This document shows, in pieces, positions 27,029 through 36,272 of a DNA stretch of 64,000 nucleotides (position 1 is its first letter; every line of letters begins with the position of its first letter). A program made the translations under genes and the position numbers. The notes under the pieces were generated by a model, which did not search any database, was not told the DNA's origin, and saw only the letters and a list, made by a program, of their open reading frames with translations. The stretch comes from Burkholderiales bacterium. GTDB lineage: Bacteria; Pseudomonadota; Gammaproteobacteria; Burkholderiales; SG8-41. The stretch is taken from contig JAIENU010000083.1 of the NCBI GenBank assembly GCA_019751125.1, positions 12,621 to 76,620 on the forward strand, in the 5' to 3' direction.

Positions 27029-28000
27029 TTGCTCACTTACGCCCTGCGCCGCCTGCTGTGGAGTGCAGCCTCGCTGTGGCTGATGTCGCTGCTGGTGTTC
27101 GCCGGCGTACACGCCATCGGCGATCCGGTGGCGCTGCTGATCAGCCCGCAGGCCGACCAGGCCGAGATCGCCCGCACTACCGCGCTGCTCGGCCTTGACC
27201 AGCCGCTGTGGCGGCAATACCTGCTGTTTTTCAAAGGTGCGCTGTCCGGCGACCTCGGTCTGTCCTTCGTCGCCAGCGTGCCGGCGATCGGCCTGATCCT
27301 CGAACGCCTGCCGGCCACCCTCGAGCTGGCACTGGCGGCGATGCTGATCGCAGTCGGCCTCGGCATCCCGCTGGGCCTCTATGCCGGTCTGCGGCCGCGC
27401 TCATGGCCGGCACGCGCGGTGATGGCGCTGTCGACGCTGGGCTTCGCGCTGCCCACTTTCTGGGTCGGGCTGATGCTTATCCTGGTGTTCGCGGTGCAGC
27501 TTGGCCTGCTGCCCTCCACCGGCCGCGGTGCCACCGTGGACATCGCCGGCATCGGCTGGAGCCTGTTCACCGCGGACGGCCTGCGCCACCTGCTGCTGCC
27601 GGCACTGACGCTGGCGCTGTTCAAGCTCGGCCTGCTGATTCGCCTCACCCGCGCCGGCGCCCGCGAGGCACTGGGGCTCGACTACACGCGTTTTGCCCGC
27701 GCCAAGGGTCTCACTGAAACCGCGGTGCTGCGCCGGCATGTGCTGCCGAACATCCTGATTCCGGTGGTCACCGTCGCCGCACTGGAGTTCGGCTCGCTGA
27801 TCGCCTTCGCCATCGTCACCGAAACCGTATTCGCCTGGCCGGGCATGGGCAAGCTGCTGATCGAATCGATCAACCTGCTCGACCGGCCGGTGATCGTCGC
27901 CTACCTGCTGGTGACGATCACGCTGTTCATCACCATCAACCTGCTCGCCGATCTGCTGCATGCGCTGCTCGACCCACGGCTGCGTTTGGGGCACTCATGA
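27029..28000 (+). CDS. ABC transporter permease (DppB-like)
   Basis: 323 aa with a TTG start. The N-terminus 'LTYALRRLLWSAASLWLMSLLVFA' is typical of DppB/OppB, and the protein has 6 TM segments. Confidence 0.85.
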   Translation: MLTYALRRLLWSAASLWLMSLLVFAGVHAIGDPVALLISPQADQAEIARTTALLGLDQPLWRQYLLFFKGALSGDLGLSFVASVPAIGLILERLPATLELALAAMLIAVGLGIPLGLYAGLRPRSWPARAVMALSTLGFALPTFWVGLMLILVFAVQLGLLPSTGRGATVDIAGIGWSLFTADGLRHLLLPALTLALFKLGLLIRLTRAGAREALGLDYTRFARAKGLTETAVLRRHVLPNILIPVVTVAALEFGSLIAFAIVTETVFAWPGMGKLLIESINLLDRPVIVAYLLVTITLFITINLLADLLHALLDPRLRLGHS

Positions 28001-28872
28001 GCAACGCCGCACCACTGCAACTGCAATGGACTGCGTTCAACCGCGACGGCATCGCCCGCGCCGCGTTGTGGCTGCTTGCGCTGCTGGTGCTTGCCGCACT
28101 CGCAGCCCCACTGCTCTCTCCGCAGAACCCCTACGACCTCGCCCAGCTCGACATCCTCGATGCCCGGCAGCCGCCGGGCACGTCCGCGGGTGCCGGCTAC
28201 AACTTCTGGCTGGGCAGCGACGACCAGGGCCGCGACATGCTGTCGGCCATCCTCCACGGCCTGCGCATCAGCCTCGGCGTTGCCGGCATCGCCACCGTGC
28301 TCGCGCTGGGCATCGGGCTGATCACCGGATTACTCGCTGCTCGCGCCGGCGGCTGGACCGATCTCGCACTGATGCGGCTGGCCGACCTGCAGCTGTCGTT
28401 CCCGGCCATACTGGTTGCGCTGATCCTGCTCGCGCTGACCGGCCAGGGCCTGGACCGCATCATCGTTGCGCTGGTGGTGGTGCAATGGGCCTACTACGCA
28501 CGTACGGTGCGCGCCGCGGCGCTGACTGAACTCCGGCGCGAATACATCGAAGCCGCGGTCTGTGCCGGCGTGCGCCCGCTGCGCCTGATGTGGCGCCACC
28601 TGCTGCCGAACATCATGCCGCCGCTGCTGGTGGTGGCCACCGTGCAGATGGCACAGGCCGTGGCACTGGAAGCCACGCTGTCCTTCCTCGGCCTCGGCCT
28701 GCCGATCACCGAGCCCTCGCTGGGCCTGCTGATCGCCAACGGCTACACCCACCTGCTCTCGGGAAAATACTGGATCAGCTTTTTCCCGGGGCTGGCGCTG
28801 CTCGCGCTGATCGTCACGCTGAACCTGGTTGGCGACCGCCTGCGTGACGTATTCGACCCGCGTTCGCGCTAA
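27997..28872 (+). CDS. ABC transporter permease (DppC-like)
   Basis: 291 aa. The start overlaps the upstream stop as ATGA. Matching regions are 'FWLGSDDQGRDMLSAILHGLRISL' and 'YIEAAVCAGVRPLRLMWRHLLPN', typical of DppC/OppC. Confidence 0.85.
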   Translation: MSNAAPLQLQWTAFNRDGIARAALWLLALLVLAALAAPLLSPQNPYDLAQLDILDARQPPGTSAGAGYNFWLGSDDQGRDMLSAILHGLRISLGVAGIATVLALGIGLITGLLAARAGGWTDLALMRLADLQLSFPAILVALILLALTGQGLDRIIVALVVVQWAYYARTVRAAALTELRREYIEAAVCAGVRPLRLMWRHLLPNIMPPLLVVATVQMAQAVALEATLSFLGLGLPITEPSLGLLIANGYTHLLSGKYWISFFPGLALLALIVTLNLVGDRLRDVFDPRSR

Positions 28873-28905
28873 ACTGACCATCTGTTCCACAACTCCACGC
28901 CGATC

Positions 28906-30780
28906 TTGAAAAAACTCCTGCTCACCCTGCTGGTGCTGGCCATTCTCGGTGGCGGCGGTTTCGCCGGCTGGTGGTACGCCGCCGACCGCGGCCTCATCGC
29001 CGGCAAGCCGAATTCGCCCCGCGCCGAAAATTTCAAGGCCGCGATCGACCACCACCTCGCACAGGGTGCACGCAATTTCTACAGCCAGCCCTGCGTCAGC
29101 GTGCCGGTTCCCCCCGGCACCCAGGGCGGCGGTTTCAAGGACACCCGCTTCGACCACACCCCGGTCGGCTTTTTTGTCAGCCCCGATCTGCGCAACGATC
29201 CCGGCGGCTCGATCAAAAACCGCCTCGCCTTCCTCGAGAAACAGGGCCTGCTGCAATCCAGCATCACTGCCGGCGGTAGCACTGAGTTCGTGATGACCTG
29301 GCGCGGCTTTGCCGCCTCCAACGGCAACGGCTGCTTCCACGTTTCCAGCGCCGAACGCGACGCCAAAATCATCGGCTTCGAGAAAAAACGCAGTGAAAAC
29401 GGCGTCGACATCTACGAGGTCACCGCCAGCGCACAGCCGAAATCCATTGAAGCCTGGGCGCAGACGCCGGAATTCAAGGATCTCTTCCCGCAACAGTCAG
29501 GCATGCTGCGCCAGCTCAACCCCGATCCGGTGATCTACGAACTGGCGCGCGGCGACACCGGCTTCACCGTGATCACCGAGCGCGGCCAGCCGACACGCTC
29601 ACCCGCCAGCGAACAGGCCGCGATCACCGTCAAGCTGGTCGGGAAGCTGACGGCGGACAGGGTCAAGGCCGCTGCGCAGTCCTACATCGCACGCACTTCG
29701 GAACATGTCGCGAACAACCGGCTGTGCCTGCAACTGCCCGGCGCGCACGAGGTGGACCAGATCACCCCCGATCCGCGCGTTACAGCATCCACGGCGGCTG
29801 CCACCGATCTGAGCTTCGATATCTACAACCTGATCAACCGCGAGCTGCGCGACGGCGATCCGCGGCTGCGCAGCTATGCCTTCCTGCGCCGCCTCGAAAC
29901 CCTGGGTATTGCCCGCTCCGAGCTGCTCAACTACTCCGAATTTAATGGTGCGCCGGCACAGGGCGGCGTGCGTTTTGTATTGCCGCGCTCCTTCACCGAA
30001 CGTTTTGCCGGCGGTCCGCGCGGCTGTTACGTTCTGGGCACGCTGCAGGTCGAGGAAGCCATCCGCTTCATGCCCTTCTCCACCGGCCAACCCAACCCGC
30101 CGTTCACCGCCAGGCTCGCACTGACGCCGGTGGACGAAGATGCAAAACGCATCATCGCCGCCTTCGGCCACTACAGCCGCGTCGCAGAAGCGGGTGCGGT
30201 GCTCTCCGGCACGCTGAACTACAAGGATGGCGAGCTGCAGGTCGGCCACGCCCAGCTGCGCTTGCCCACCTTTCATCCCGATGTATCAGGCCTGCGCCTG
30301 CCGGTGATACAGACCGGCCTGTCGCGTCCGCCAGGTGCTGCACCCCTCGGGGCACGCGGCTTCATCAGCGTGCCGAATGCCCAATCCGGTAGCCTGACCG
30401 GCACCGCAGTACACGCCATCGGTGTCTACGAAGGACGTCTGCCCGGCGGCCTGCGCCGTGAGGCCGGCAGCCATCCCGAAGGCGTGGTCAACGTGACCGT
30501 GCATCCGACCCGAGATCCTGCGGTGCTGTACCTGGTGGCTTATGAGCCGGTGAACTGGGTGCTGCAGGTACGCCCCGGTGCGCGCCTGACCCGCATCATC
30601 ACCAGCGGTTACCATGCCCAGCGTGTCACGGTGCAGGGTGCCGCCGGCGTACCGGTGGTAACCACACCGTACCGCGGCGAACACAGCGATCCTTTCAACG
30701 GTGCGCTGCGTGTCACCGGCGTCAAACCGGCATCTGCACAGCATCAATACTCGGGCGCCAGCTTCGAGGTCGGCCGCTAG
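28906..30780 (+). CDS. Membrane-anchored hypothetical protein with internal duplication (no family recognised)
   Basis: 624 aa with a TTG start 33 nt after the dppC-like stop. The N-terminal anchor is 'KKLLLTLLVLAILGGGGFAGWW', and the remainder is predicted periplasmic. There is no Walker A or other motif I recognise. Composition matches the host. Confidence 0.6.
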   Translation: MKKLLLTLLVLAILGGGGFAGWWYAADRGLIAGKPNSPRAENFKAAIDHHLAQGARNFYSQPCVSVPVPPGTQGGGFKDTRFDHTPVGFFVSPDLRNDPGGSIKNRLAFLEKQGLLQSSITAGGSTEFVMTWRGFAASNGNGCFHVSSAERDAKIIGFEKKRSENGVDIYEVTASAQPKSIEAWAQTPEFKDLFPQQSGMLRQLNPDPVIYELARGDTGFTVITERGQPTRSPASEQAAITVKLVGKLTADRVKAAAQSYIARTSEHVANNRLCLQLPGAHEVDQITPDPRVTASTAAATDLSFDIYNLINRELRDGDPRLRSYAFLRRLETLGIARSELLNYSEFNGAPAQGGVRFVLPRSFTERFAGGPRGCYVLGTLQVEEAIRFMPFSTGQPNPPFTARLALTPVDEDAKRIIAAFGHYSRVAEAGAVLSGTLNYKDGELQVGHAQLRLPTFHPDVSGLRLPVIQTGLSRPPGAAPLGARGFISVPNAQSGSLTGTAVHAIGVYEGRLPGGLRREAGSHPEGVVNVTVHPTRDPAVLYLVAYEPVNWVLQVRPGARLTRIITSGYHAQRVTVQGAAGVPVVTTPYRGEHSDPFNGALRVTGVKPASAQHQYSGASFEVGR

Positions 30781-30950
30781 AACTCATTCCAAAAACGCCT
30801 GCGCTTGCCATGACTGCGTCGCCCGCTGCGTTTCTCCCCGCCTTGCCATTCATGTAATGTCTCGTCGAAGCCTCGCGGGCGCCCGTTGTTGACTCAATTG
30901 GCTGGCGGCGCTCGGCAGGTTTTTGAAATGGGTTCAGCATCGGTACCAAC

Positions 30951-30979
30951 AAAAAGGCCGGCATATGCCGGCCTTTTTT
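30951..30979. terminator. Bidirectional intrinsic terminator
   Basis: The sequence is the perfect palindrome aaaaa-ggccggc-atat-gccggcc-tttttt. It lies between the convergent 624-aa ORF and the Bug gene. Confidence 0.6.
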
Positions 30980-30996
30980 ATTGACGCCGCAAGCTG

Positions 30997-31974
30997 TTAC
31001 TGCGGCTGCATGCCGATCTGCGCCGCGACCTTGCGGTAACGCTCCAGCTCGGCGCGGATGTGCTTGGCAAAGGCTTCGGAACCAAGAGTCGTGGTTTCGG
31101 CGCCACCGACCGCGGCATACCGTTTTTTCACCTCGGGATTGCCCAGCGCTTCGGTCGACGCGGCATACAGCGTCGCAATCACTTCCTTGGGCGTGCCCTT
31201 CGGCGCGAACAGGCCGACCCAGATCGAGGCATCGACACCGGGCACGCCAGCTTCCTGGGCCGACATGTATTCCGGAATCTGCGGCGAACGCTTGGCCGTG
31301 GTCAGGCCCAGCACCTTGACGCGTTTCGCCTGCAGATGCGGCAGCACGCCGGGCAGGCCGGCAGCGGTGAACACGACTTCATTACCGGCCACCGCAGACA
31401 CCGCCGGGGCACCACCCTTGTACGGCACATGTACGGCCTTGGCACCGGCGGCGGCCACCAGCCACTCCTGCGCCATGTGATTCACTGAACCGGTGCCCGG
31501 CGAACCGAAGGTCACGGTGCCCGGCTTGGCTTTCATCGCCGCCACCAGGTCCTTCAGCGTGTTGAACGGCGACGCCGCATTGACCACCACCAGCATCGGC
31601 GCGTCGCTGACCATGATGATCGGCGTGAAGTCGCGTTCGACGTCATAGGGCATGCTCTTGAACAGCACCGGATTCACCGACATCTCGCCGGTGTGCGCAG
31701 CGAGCAGCGTATAACCGTCGGCGGAGGCCCGCGCAGTAGTGCCGGTGGCGATGAAGCCATTGGCGCCGGGCCGGTTGTCGACAACAAACTGCCAGCCCTT
31801 GGTCTCGGCAATCTTGTTGCTGAGAATGCGCGTCGAGGTGTCGACCACGCCACCCGGCGCGAAGGGCACCAGCAGGCGGATCGGCTTGCTCGGGTATTTT
31901 TCGGCAGCCTGAAGCGGCAGCACTGCGGCCAGCAACGGGAGCAGCAAGAGTAATCCTCGCATCGTCATTTTCAT
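30997..31974 (-). CDS. Bug-family (TctC-like) periplasmic solute receptor
   Basis: 325 aa with a signal peptide. Matching regions are 'KPIRLLVPFAPGGVVD', 'VVDNRPGANG' and 'VTFGSPGTGS'. Confidence 0.85.
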   Translation of the reverse strand: MKMTMRGLLLLLPLLAAVLPLQAAEKYPSKPIRLLVPFAPGGVVDTSTRILSNKIAETKGWQFVVDNRPGANGFIATGTTARASADGYTLLAAHTGEMSVNPVLFKSMPYDVERDFTPIIMVSDAPMLVVVNAASPFNTLKDLVAAMKAKPGTVTFGSPGTGSVNHMAQEWLVAAAGAKAVHVPYKGGAPAVSAVAGNEVVFTAAGLPGVLPHLQAKRVKVLGLTTAKRSPQIPEYMSAQEAGVPGVDASIWVGLFAPKGTPKEVIATLYAASTEALGNPEVKKRYAAVGGAETTTLGSEAFAKHIRAELERYRKVAAQIGMQPQ

Positions 31975-32025
31975 AATTTTTCCTTTAAAAACAATGACTT
32001 ATAAAATATTGGGGCAATACCCACA

Positions 32026-33483
32026 TCAGAGCTTGAGCAGGTGCCGCCATTTCTCCCGCACCTGCTCCTGTAATGCCTTGCTCGCTTCGGCCACCGCCGG
32101 AAAGTCGTGCAGGTGGTCATAGGGACGGCAGGCATCGATGATCGCCTTTGAATTGTAGGGCGCATCGGAGCGATAGGCGACGAACATAGGATCGTTCTTC
32201 GAACCCATGCCGCGCTTGATGATGTCGATGTCGACCTCGGGGTCGCTGCGCGTCGCCACCGCCCACATCACTTCCTGCAGGTTCGAGGGATCGATGTCTT
32301 CATCAACAACAATGGTGTAGCGGGACATATAGGCGCCGACACCGCACTGGTTCAGGATCAGCGCCGCCTGGCGCGCGTGGCCGGCGTAACGCTGTTTGAT
32401 CGCCACCACGTTGAACATGCGTGCACCGCCGATTTCATGCGCCCACACACTGGCGACATCGGGCACGCCGGCGGCAAGCAGTGCATCGAACAGCAGGGCC
32501 GAACGCATCACGGCTTTGGAGTACGAATAATCGTTGGGTGGTTTAGCCGGGGGGCTGCCGACGATGACGGGATTGTTGCGGTAATACACGCGCTCGATGG
32601 TCACCACCGGCGCATCACCTTCCTTGCCGGGGTAGTAGCCGTGGAATTCACCGAAGGGCCCTTCCTTGCGGCGGTCACCGGGATGGCACCAGCCTTCGAG
32701 CACGATTTCCGAAGCCGCCGGTATCGGCAGTCCGGTCAGTTCACCACGCACCACCTGCACCGGCTCGCCGAGTATCGAACCGATGTAGTTGTATTCGCAC
32801 ATGCCGAAGGGCACTTCGATGCCCGAGATCAGATAACCCAGTGGATCACAGCCAATGACGATGGCCACCGGAAAAGGCTTGCCCGCCTTCATGTACTTGT
32901 CGTACTGGATCGCGCCGTGTTTGCCGGGGATCATGTCGAGGCCGACATGGTTTTTGTCAAAGGCCTGCACCCGGTAAGTTCCGACATTGACCCAGTCGCT
33001 GTCGTAATCCTTCGTCACCACGCAACAGCCGGTGCCGATGTACGGCCCGCCGTCCTGCTCGTGCCACAACGGCGACGGAAAGATGTTGATGTCGACATCC
33101 TTGCCGGACTGGATGTTCTCGAATACCGGCCCCTTCTCGACGAGCACTGGATCGTATTTCTCGGCAGCGGCCTGCCATTGCTTGGGCAGGCCACGGAGTT
33201 TTTGCACCAGCGCGCGGTGGCTGCGCTCCACCGGCAGTCGCAGGATCGAGGACAACCGCGCCGGACTCGCCGTGCTGCAAGTCAGCACACGGAAACCTTT
33301 GGCGTAACCCTTGATCTCATCGAACAACAGCGCCGGCGCACCGTCGATCTTGACGTTCATCTCGCTGATCGCGCCCAGTTCGAGCTTCGCATCGGCGCCC
33401 GGCACATCCTTCAGCTCGCCAAGCTGGCGCGCCGTATCCAGCCAGGCACGCAGGTCGAGGGGATTGCCGGCCGGATGCGTCAT
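32026..33483 (-). CDS. UbiD-family (prFMN-dependent) decarboxylase
   Basis: 485 aa from ATG 33483. Matching regions are 'GPYIGTGCCVVTKDYDSDWVNVGTYRVQ', 'IPGKHG', 'PVAIVIGCDP' and the hallmark 'EGPFGEFHGYY'. The track ORF from 33672 overlaps the upstream gene and is over-extended. Confidence 0.85.
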   Translation of the reverse strand: MTHPAGNPLDLRAWLDTARQLGELKDVPGADAKLELGAISEMNVKIDGAPALLFDEIKGYAKGFRVLTCSTASPARLSSILRLPVERSHRALVQKLRGLPKQWQAAAEKYDPVLVEKGPVFENIQSGKDVDINIFPSPLWHEQDGGPYIGTGCCVVTKDYDSDWVNVGTYRVQAFDKNHVGLDMIPGKHGAIQYDKYMKAGKPFPVAIVIGCDPLGYLISGIEVPFGMCEYNYIGSILGEPVQVVRGELTGLPIPAASEIVLEGWCHPGDRRKEGPFGEFHGYYPGKEGDAPVVTIERVYYRNNPVIVGSPPAKPPNDYSYSKAVMRSALLFDALLAAGVPDVASVWAHEIGGARMFNVVAIKQRYAGHARQAALILNQCGVGAYMSRYTIVVDEDIDPSNLQEVMWAVATRSDPEVDIDIIKRGMGSKNDPMFVAYRSDAPYNSKAIIDACRPYDHLHDFPAVAEASKALQEQVREKWRHLLKL

Positions 33484-33485
33484 GA

Positions 33486-33983
33486 TCAACCCTTCCCTGC
33501 TTTTTTCCGCTTGCTGGCGGCCAGCCGCACGGCCTTGACCACCTCGGGATAAGTCGCACAGCGGCAGAGGTTGCCGGCGAGATAGTGGCGGATCTCGTCC
33601 TCGGAAGGATTGGCATGTGCGTCGAGCAGCTGGCGCGTCATCAGCACAAAACCCGGCGTGCAGAAGCCGCACTGGAAGGCCCCGGTTTCGATGAAGGCCT
33701 GCTGCACAGCATCGAGGCCATGCTCATCTTTCGATCCCGCCTGCGGCTCTTCAATGGTGCGCACATCGGCGCCATCGATCAGCGGCGCCAGCGTCAGGCA
33801 ACCCGACACCGCCTTGCCGTCGACGATCACCGTGCAGCAACCACAGAGTCCCTGCGCGCAGCTTTCACGTGCGCCGCACAGGCCCTGCCCTTGCAGCACC
33901 TCGACCAGGTTCTGGTGGTTGCCGACCTGCGCGGAAGCCGGGTGGCCGTTGAGGATGAATGTAATCGTGCGTTGTGTCGTCAT
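33486..33983 (-). CDS. [2Fe-2S] small subunit of a xanthine-dehydrogenase-family molybdenum hydroxylase (CoxS-like)
   Basis: 165 aa. The two cluster motifs are 'CAQGLCGCCTV..C' and 'QCGFCTPGFV...GNLCRCATY'. Confidence 0.9.
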   Translation of the reverse strand: MTTQRTITFILNGHPASAQVGNHQNLVEVLQGQGLCGARESCAQGLCGCCTVIVDGKAVSGCLTLAPLIDGADVRTIEEPQAGSKDEHGLDAVQQAFIETGAFQCGFCTPGFVLMTRQLLDAHANPSEDEIRHYLAGNLCRCATYPEVVKAVRLAASKRKKAGKG

Positions 33984-33987
33984 GTCT

Positions 33988-36270
33988 TTAATCTTCCAGC
34001 GGCTTGCCGGCATTGGCGCGCAGGCCGCGATAAACCGCTTCAGCCGTCAGCGGCAGGCTGGTCAGGCGTACGCCAACCGCATCGTCAATGGCGCTGGCGA
34101 TGGCCGGCGACACGCCGAAGGTACCGCTTTCACCTACCCCCTTGGCGCCGAAGGGACCGGACTGCTGGACCATATCGACAGCCTCGTTCTCCATCACTGC
34201 CGGCACGTCACGAATGCCCGGAATCTTGTAGTCGGCGAGCGAGGCATTGGTGCACTGGCCGGCGTCGAAATCCATGCGTTCGTACAGCGTAAAGCCGAGC
34301 TGCATCAGCGTCGCGCCGGAAATCTGGGTCTCGACGATCACCGGATTCACCGGACGGCCGACATCGACCAGGTTGACCAGGCGCGTGACCTTGAATTCGC
34401 CGGTTTCGGTATCGACCTCGACTTCAGCACCGGTGGCGCCAATCATCCAGAACGGCGTCGCGTTGGTGGTCTGGCCCTGCGCATCGGGCGAGGTATAAGT
34501 CGGGATGTAACTGCCGACACCGACCACATTACCCGCCTGCATGCCGTATTTCTTGCGGAAGATATCGGGGATCGGCGCAGTCTCCGCCGAGAGGCCGACC
34601 TCCTGCGCCAGCTGCATCAGCTTGTCGCGTGCATCCTCGGCGGCCAGCTTTACCGCATGGCCCATGTGGTAGGTCGAGCGTGAACCCAGCGTCGCCATGT
34701 CGTATGGCGTGACATCGGTGTCGGGATGGACCACGGTCACTGTTTCCACCGGCACACCCAGCGCCTCGGCGGCAAACTGCGCCATCGCGGTATCCGAACC
34801 CTGCCCCATGTCCACTGTGCCGCAGTAGACCATCACGCTGCCGTCGGCGCTGATGTTGACGATCGCCACCGAAGTCGTCGGCGAAATGCTCGCCTTGAAG
34901 CCGATGGCGATGCCGCGGCCGCGGCGGATGCTGCCCTGGCCATGATCAAACGGTTTTTCCCACTGCATGCGTTCGGCCAGGCGCTCGAGCACCTTCTCGA
35001 TGCCGGCGTCCTGCATGATCGTGCCGGTTGCCTGCGGCCGGCCGTTTTTCAGAATGTTTTTGCGGCGGAAAGCGAGCGGATCAATGTTCAGAGCTTTCGC
35101 GATCATGTCGGTGTGGCTCTCGTAGCCCCACACCAGCTGCGGGATACCGAAGCCGCGCAAGGCACCTGCCGCCGGCAGGTTGGTGTACAGCGCGTAGGAA
35201 TCGATCGCAACATGGTCGATGTCATAAGGTCCGGGCGCGGTAAAGCCGGACTTCTGCGTCACCCGCGGCCCGATGTCGGCATAGGCACCGCCGTTCCACC
35301 ACACCTCGCATTCGCGCGCAGTGATCTTGCCATCCTTGGTCACCGCGCTCTTGATGCGCAGCGTCGCCGCGTGTTTGGTGATCTGGTAGAACTGCTCTTC
35401 CATGGTCAGTGAAATCTTCACCGGCCGGCCGGCAAGCAGCGCCGCAATCGCGGTCAGCGCCTCGATCTTGATGTAAAGCTTGGCGCCGAAGCCGCCGCCC
35501 AGGTACGGCACTTTCACCCGCACCTTGCTTTCCGGCCAGCCGAGCAGGCGCGCGATCTCGATGCGCACAAAAGACGGACTCTGCGAGGCGGTGTGGATGT
35601 CCAGCCGGTTCGGCTGCGGATCCGCAACGGTGACAAACGGCTCCAGCGGCACATGCAGCACCTGCTGGGTGCGGAAGGTGTGCTCGAACACATGGTCGGC
35701 TTCGGCGAAGGCCTTCTGCGCATCACCGCGGCGCAGATGGAAATCCAGCGCGATGTTGGTGTCGCGCTTGTCCTTCAGATGCTTCAGGTCGGGAAAGGTG
35801 CCGGCAGGCTTCAGCACCTCGTGCACCACGGCCTTCGAGGTCATCGCCTCGATCTCGTCGAACACTGCCGGCAGTTCCTCGTAATCGACGACAATGGTCT
35901 GCGCCGCCGCTTCGGCAACGTGGACATCAGCCGCCAGCACCAGCGCCACCGGCTCACCGACATGGCGCACCTTGTCGATCGCCAATACAGGCTGGTCATG
36001 GAAGGCCGGACCGTAGTGCGGATCCGGCACCAGCTTCATGATGTCGGCGGCGGTATAGACCGCATACACGCCGGGCATCGCCTGCGCGGCGGAAACATCA
36101 ATGCCGCGGATGCGGCCGTGGGCCACGGTACTGCGATGCACCTTGCCGTACAACATGCCCGGCAGGCGCAGGTTGTGCACATACTCGGCCTTGCCGGTCA
36201 CTTTGGCGCGTGCCTCGACGCGCGGAATCGAACGGCCTACCGAGTTGGTTTTTCCCAGAGTGCTTGCCAT
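33988..36270 (-). CDS. Molybdopterin-binding large subunit of a xanthine-dehydrogenase-family hydroxylase (CoxL-like)
   Basis: About 760 aa. Matching regions are 'RVEARAKVTGKAEY', 'YLGGGFGAKL' and 'GVGESGT'. I did not see the CO-dehydrogenase active-site loop (AYxCSFR / AYRGAGR). The start is ATG 36270, with an alternative TTG at 36276. Confidence 0.9.
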   Translation of the reverse strand: MASTLGKTNSVGRSIPRVEARAKVTGKAEYVHNLRLPGMLYGKVHRSTVAHGRIRGIDVSAAQAMPGVYAVYTAADIMKLVPDPHYGPAFHDQPVLAIDKVRHVGEPVALVLAADVHVAEAAAQTIVVDYEELPAVFDEIEAMTSKAVVHEVLKPAGTFPDLKHLKDKRDTNIALDFHLRRGDAQKAFAEADHVFEHTFRTQQVLHVPLEPFVTVADPQPNRLDIHTASQSPSFVRIEIARLLGWPESKVRVKVPYLGGGFGAKLYIKIEALTAIAALLAGRPVKISLTMEEQFYQITKHAATLRIKSAVTKDGKITARECEVWWNGGAYADIGPRVTQKSGFTAPGPYDIDHVAIDSYALYTNLPAAGALRGFGIPQLVWGYESHTDMIAKALNIDPLAFRRKNILKNGRPQATGTIMQDAGIEKVLERLAERMQWEKPFDHGQGSIRRGRGIAIGFKASISPTTSVAIVNISADGSVMVYCGTVDMGQGSDTAMAQFAAEALGVPVETVTVVHPDTDVTPYDMATLGSRSTYHMGHAVKLAAEDARDKLMQLAQEVGLSAETAPIPDIFRKKYGMQAGNVVGVGSYIPTYTSPDAQGQTTNATPFWMIGATGAEVEVDTETGEFKVTRLVNLVDVGRPVNPVIVETQISGATLMQLGFTLYERMDFDAGQCTNASLADYKIPGIRDVPAVMENEAVDMVQQSGPFGAKGVGESGTFGVSPAIASAIDDAVGVRLTSLPLTAEAVYRGLRANAGKPLED

Positions 36271-36272
36271 GA

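Noticed and set aside
28906-30780. Whether the 624-aa ORF could be a divergent ABC ATPase for the upstream permeases.
   Set aside because: It has no Walker A (GxxGxGK[ST]), LSGGQ or Walker B motif. It has an N-terminal TM anchor with a predicted periplasmic body.
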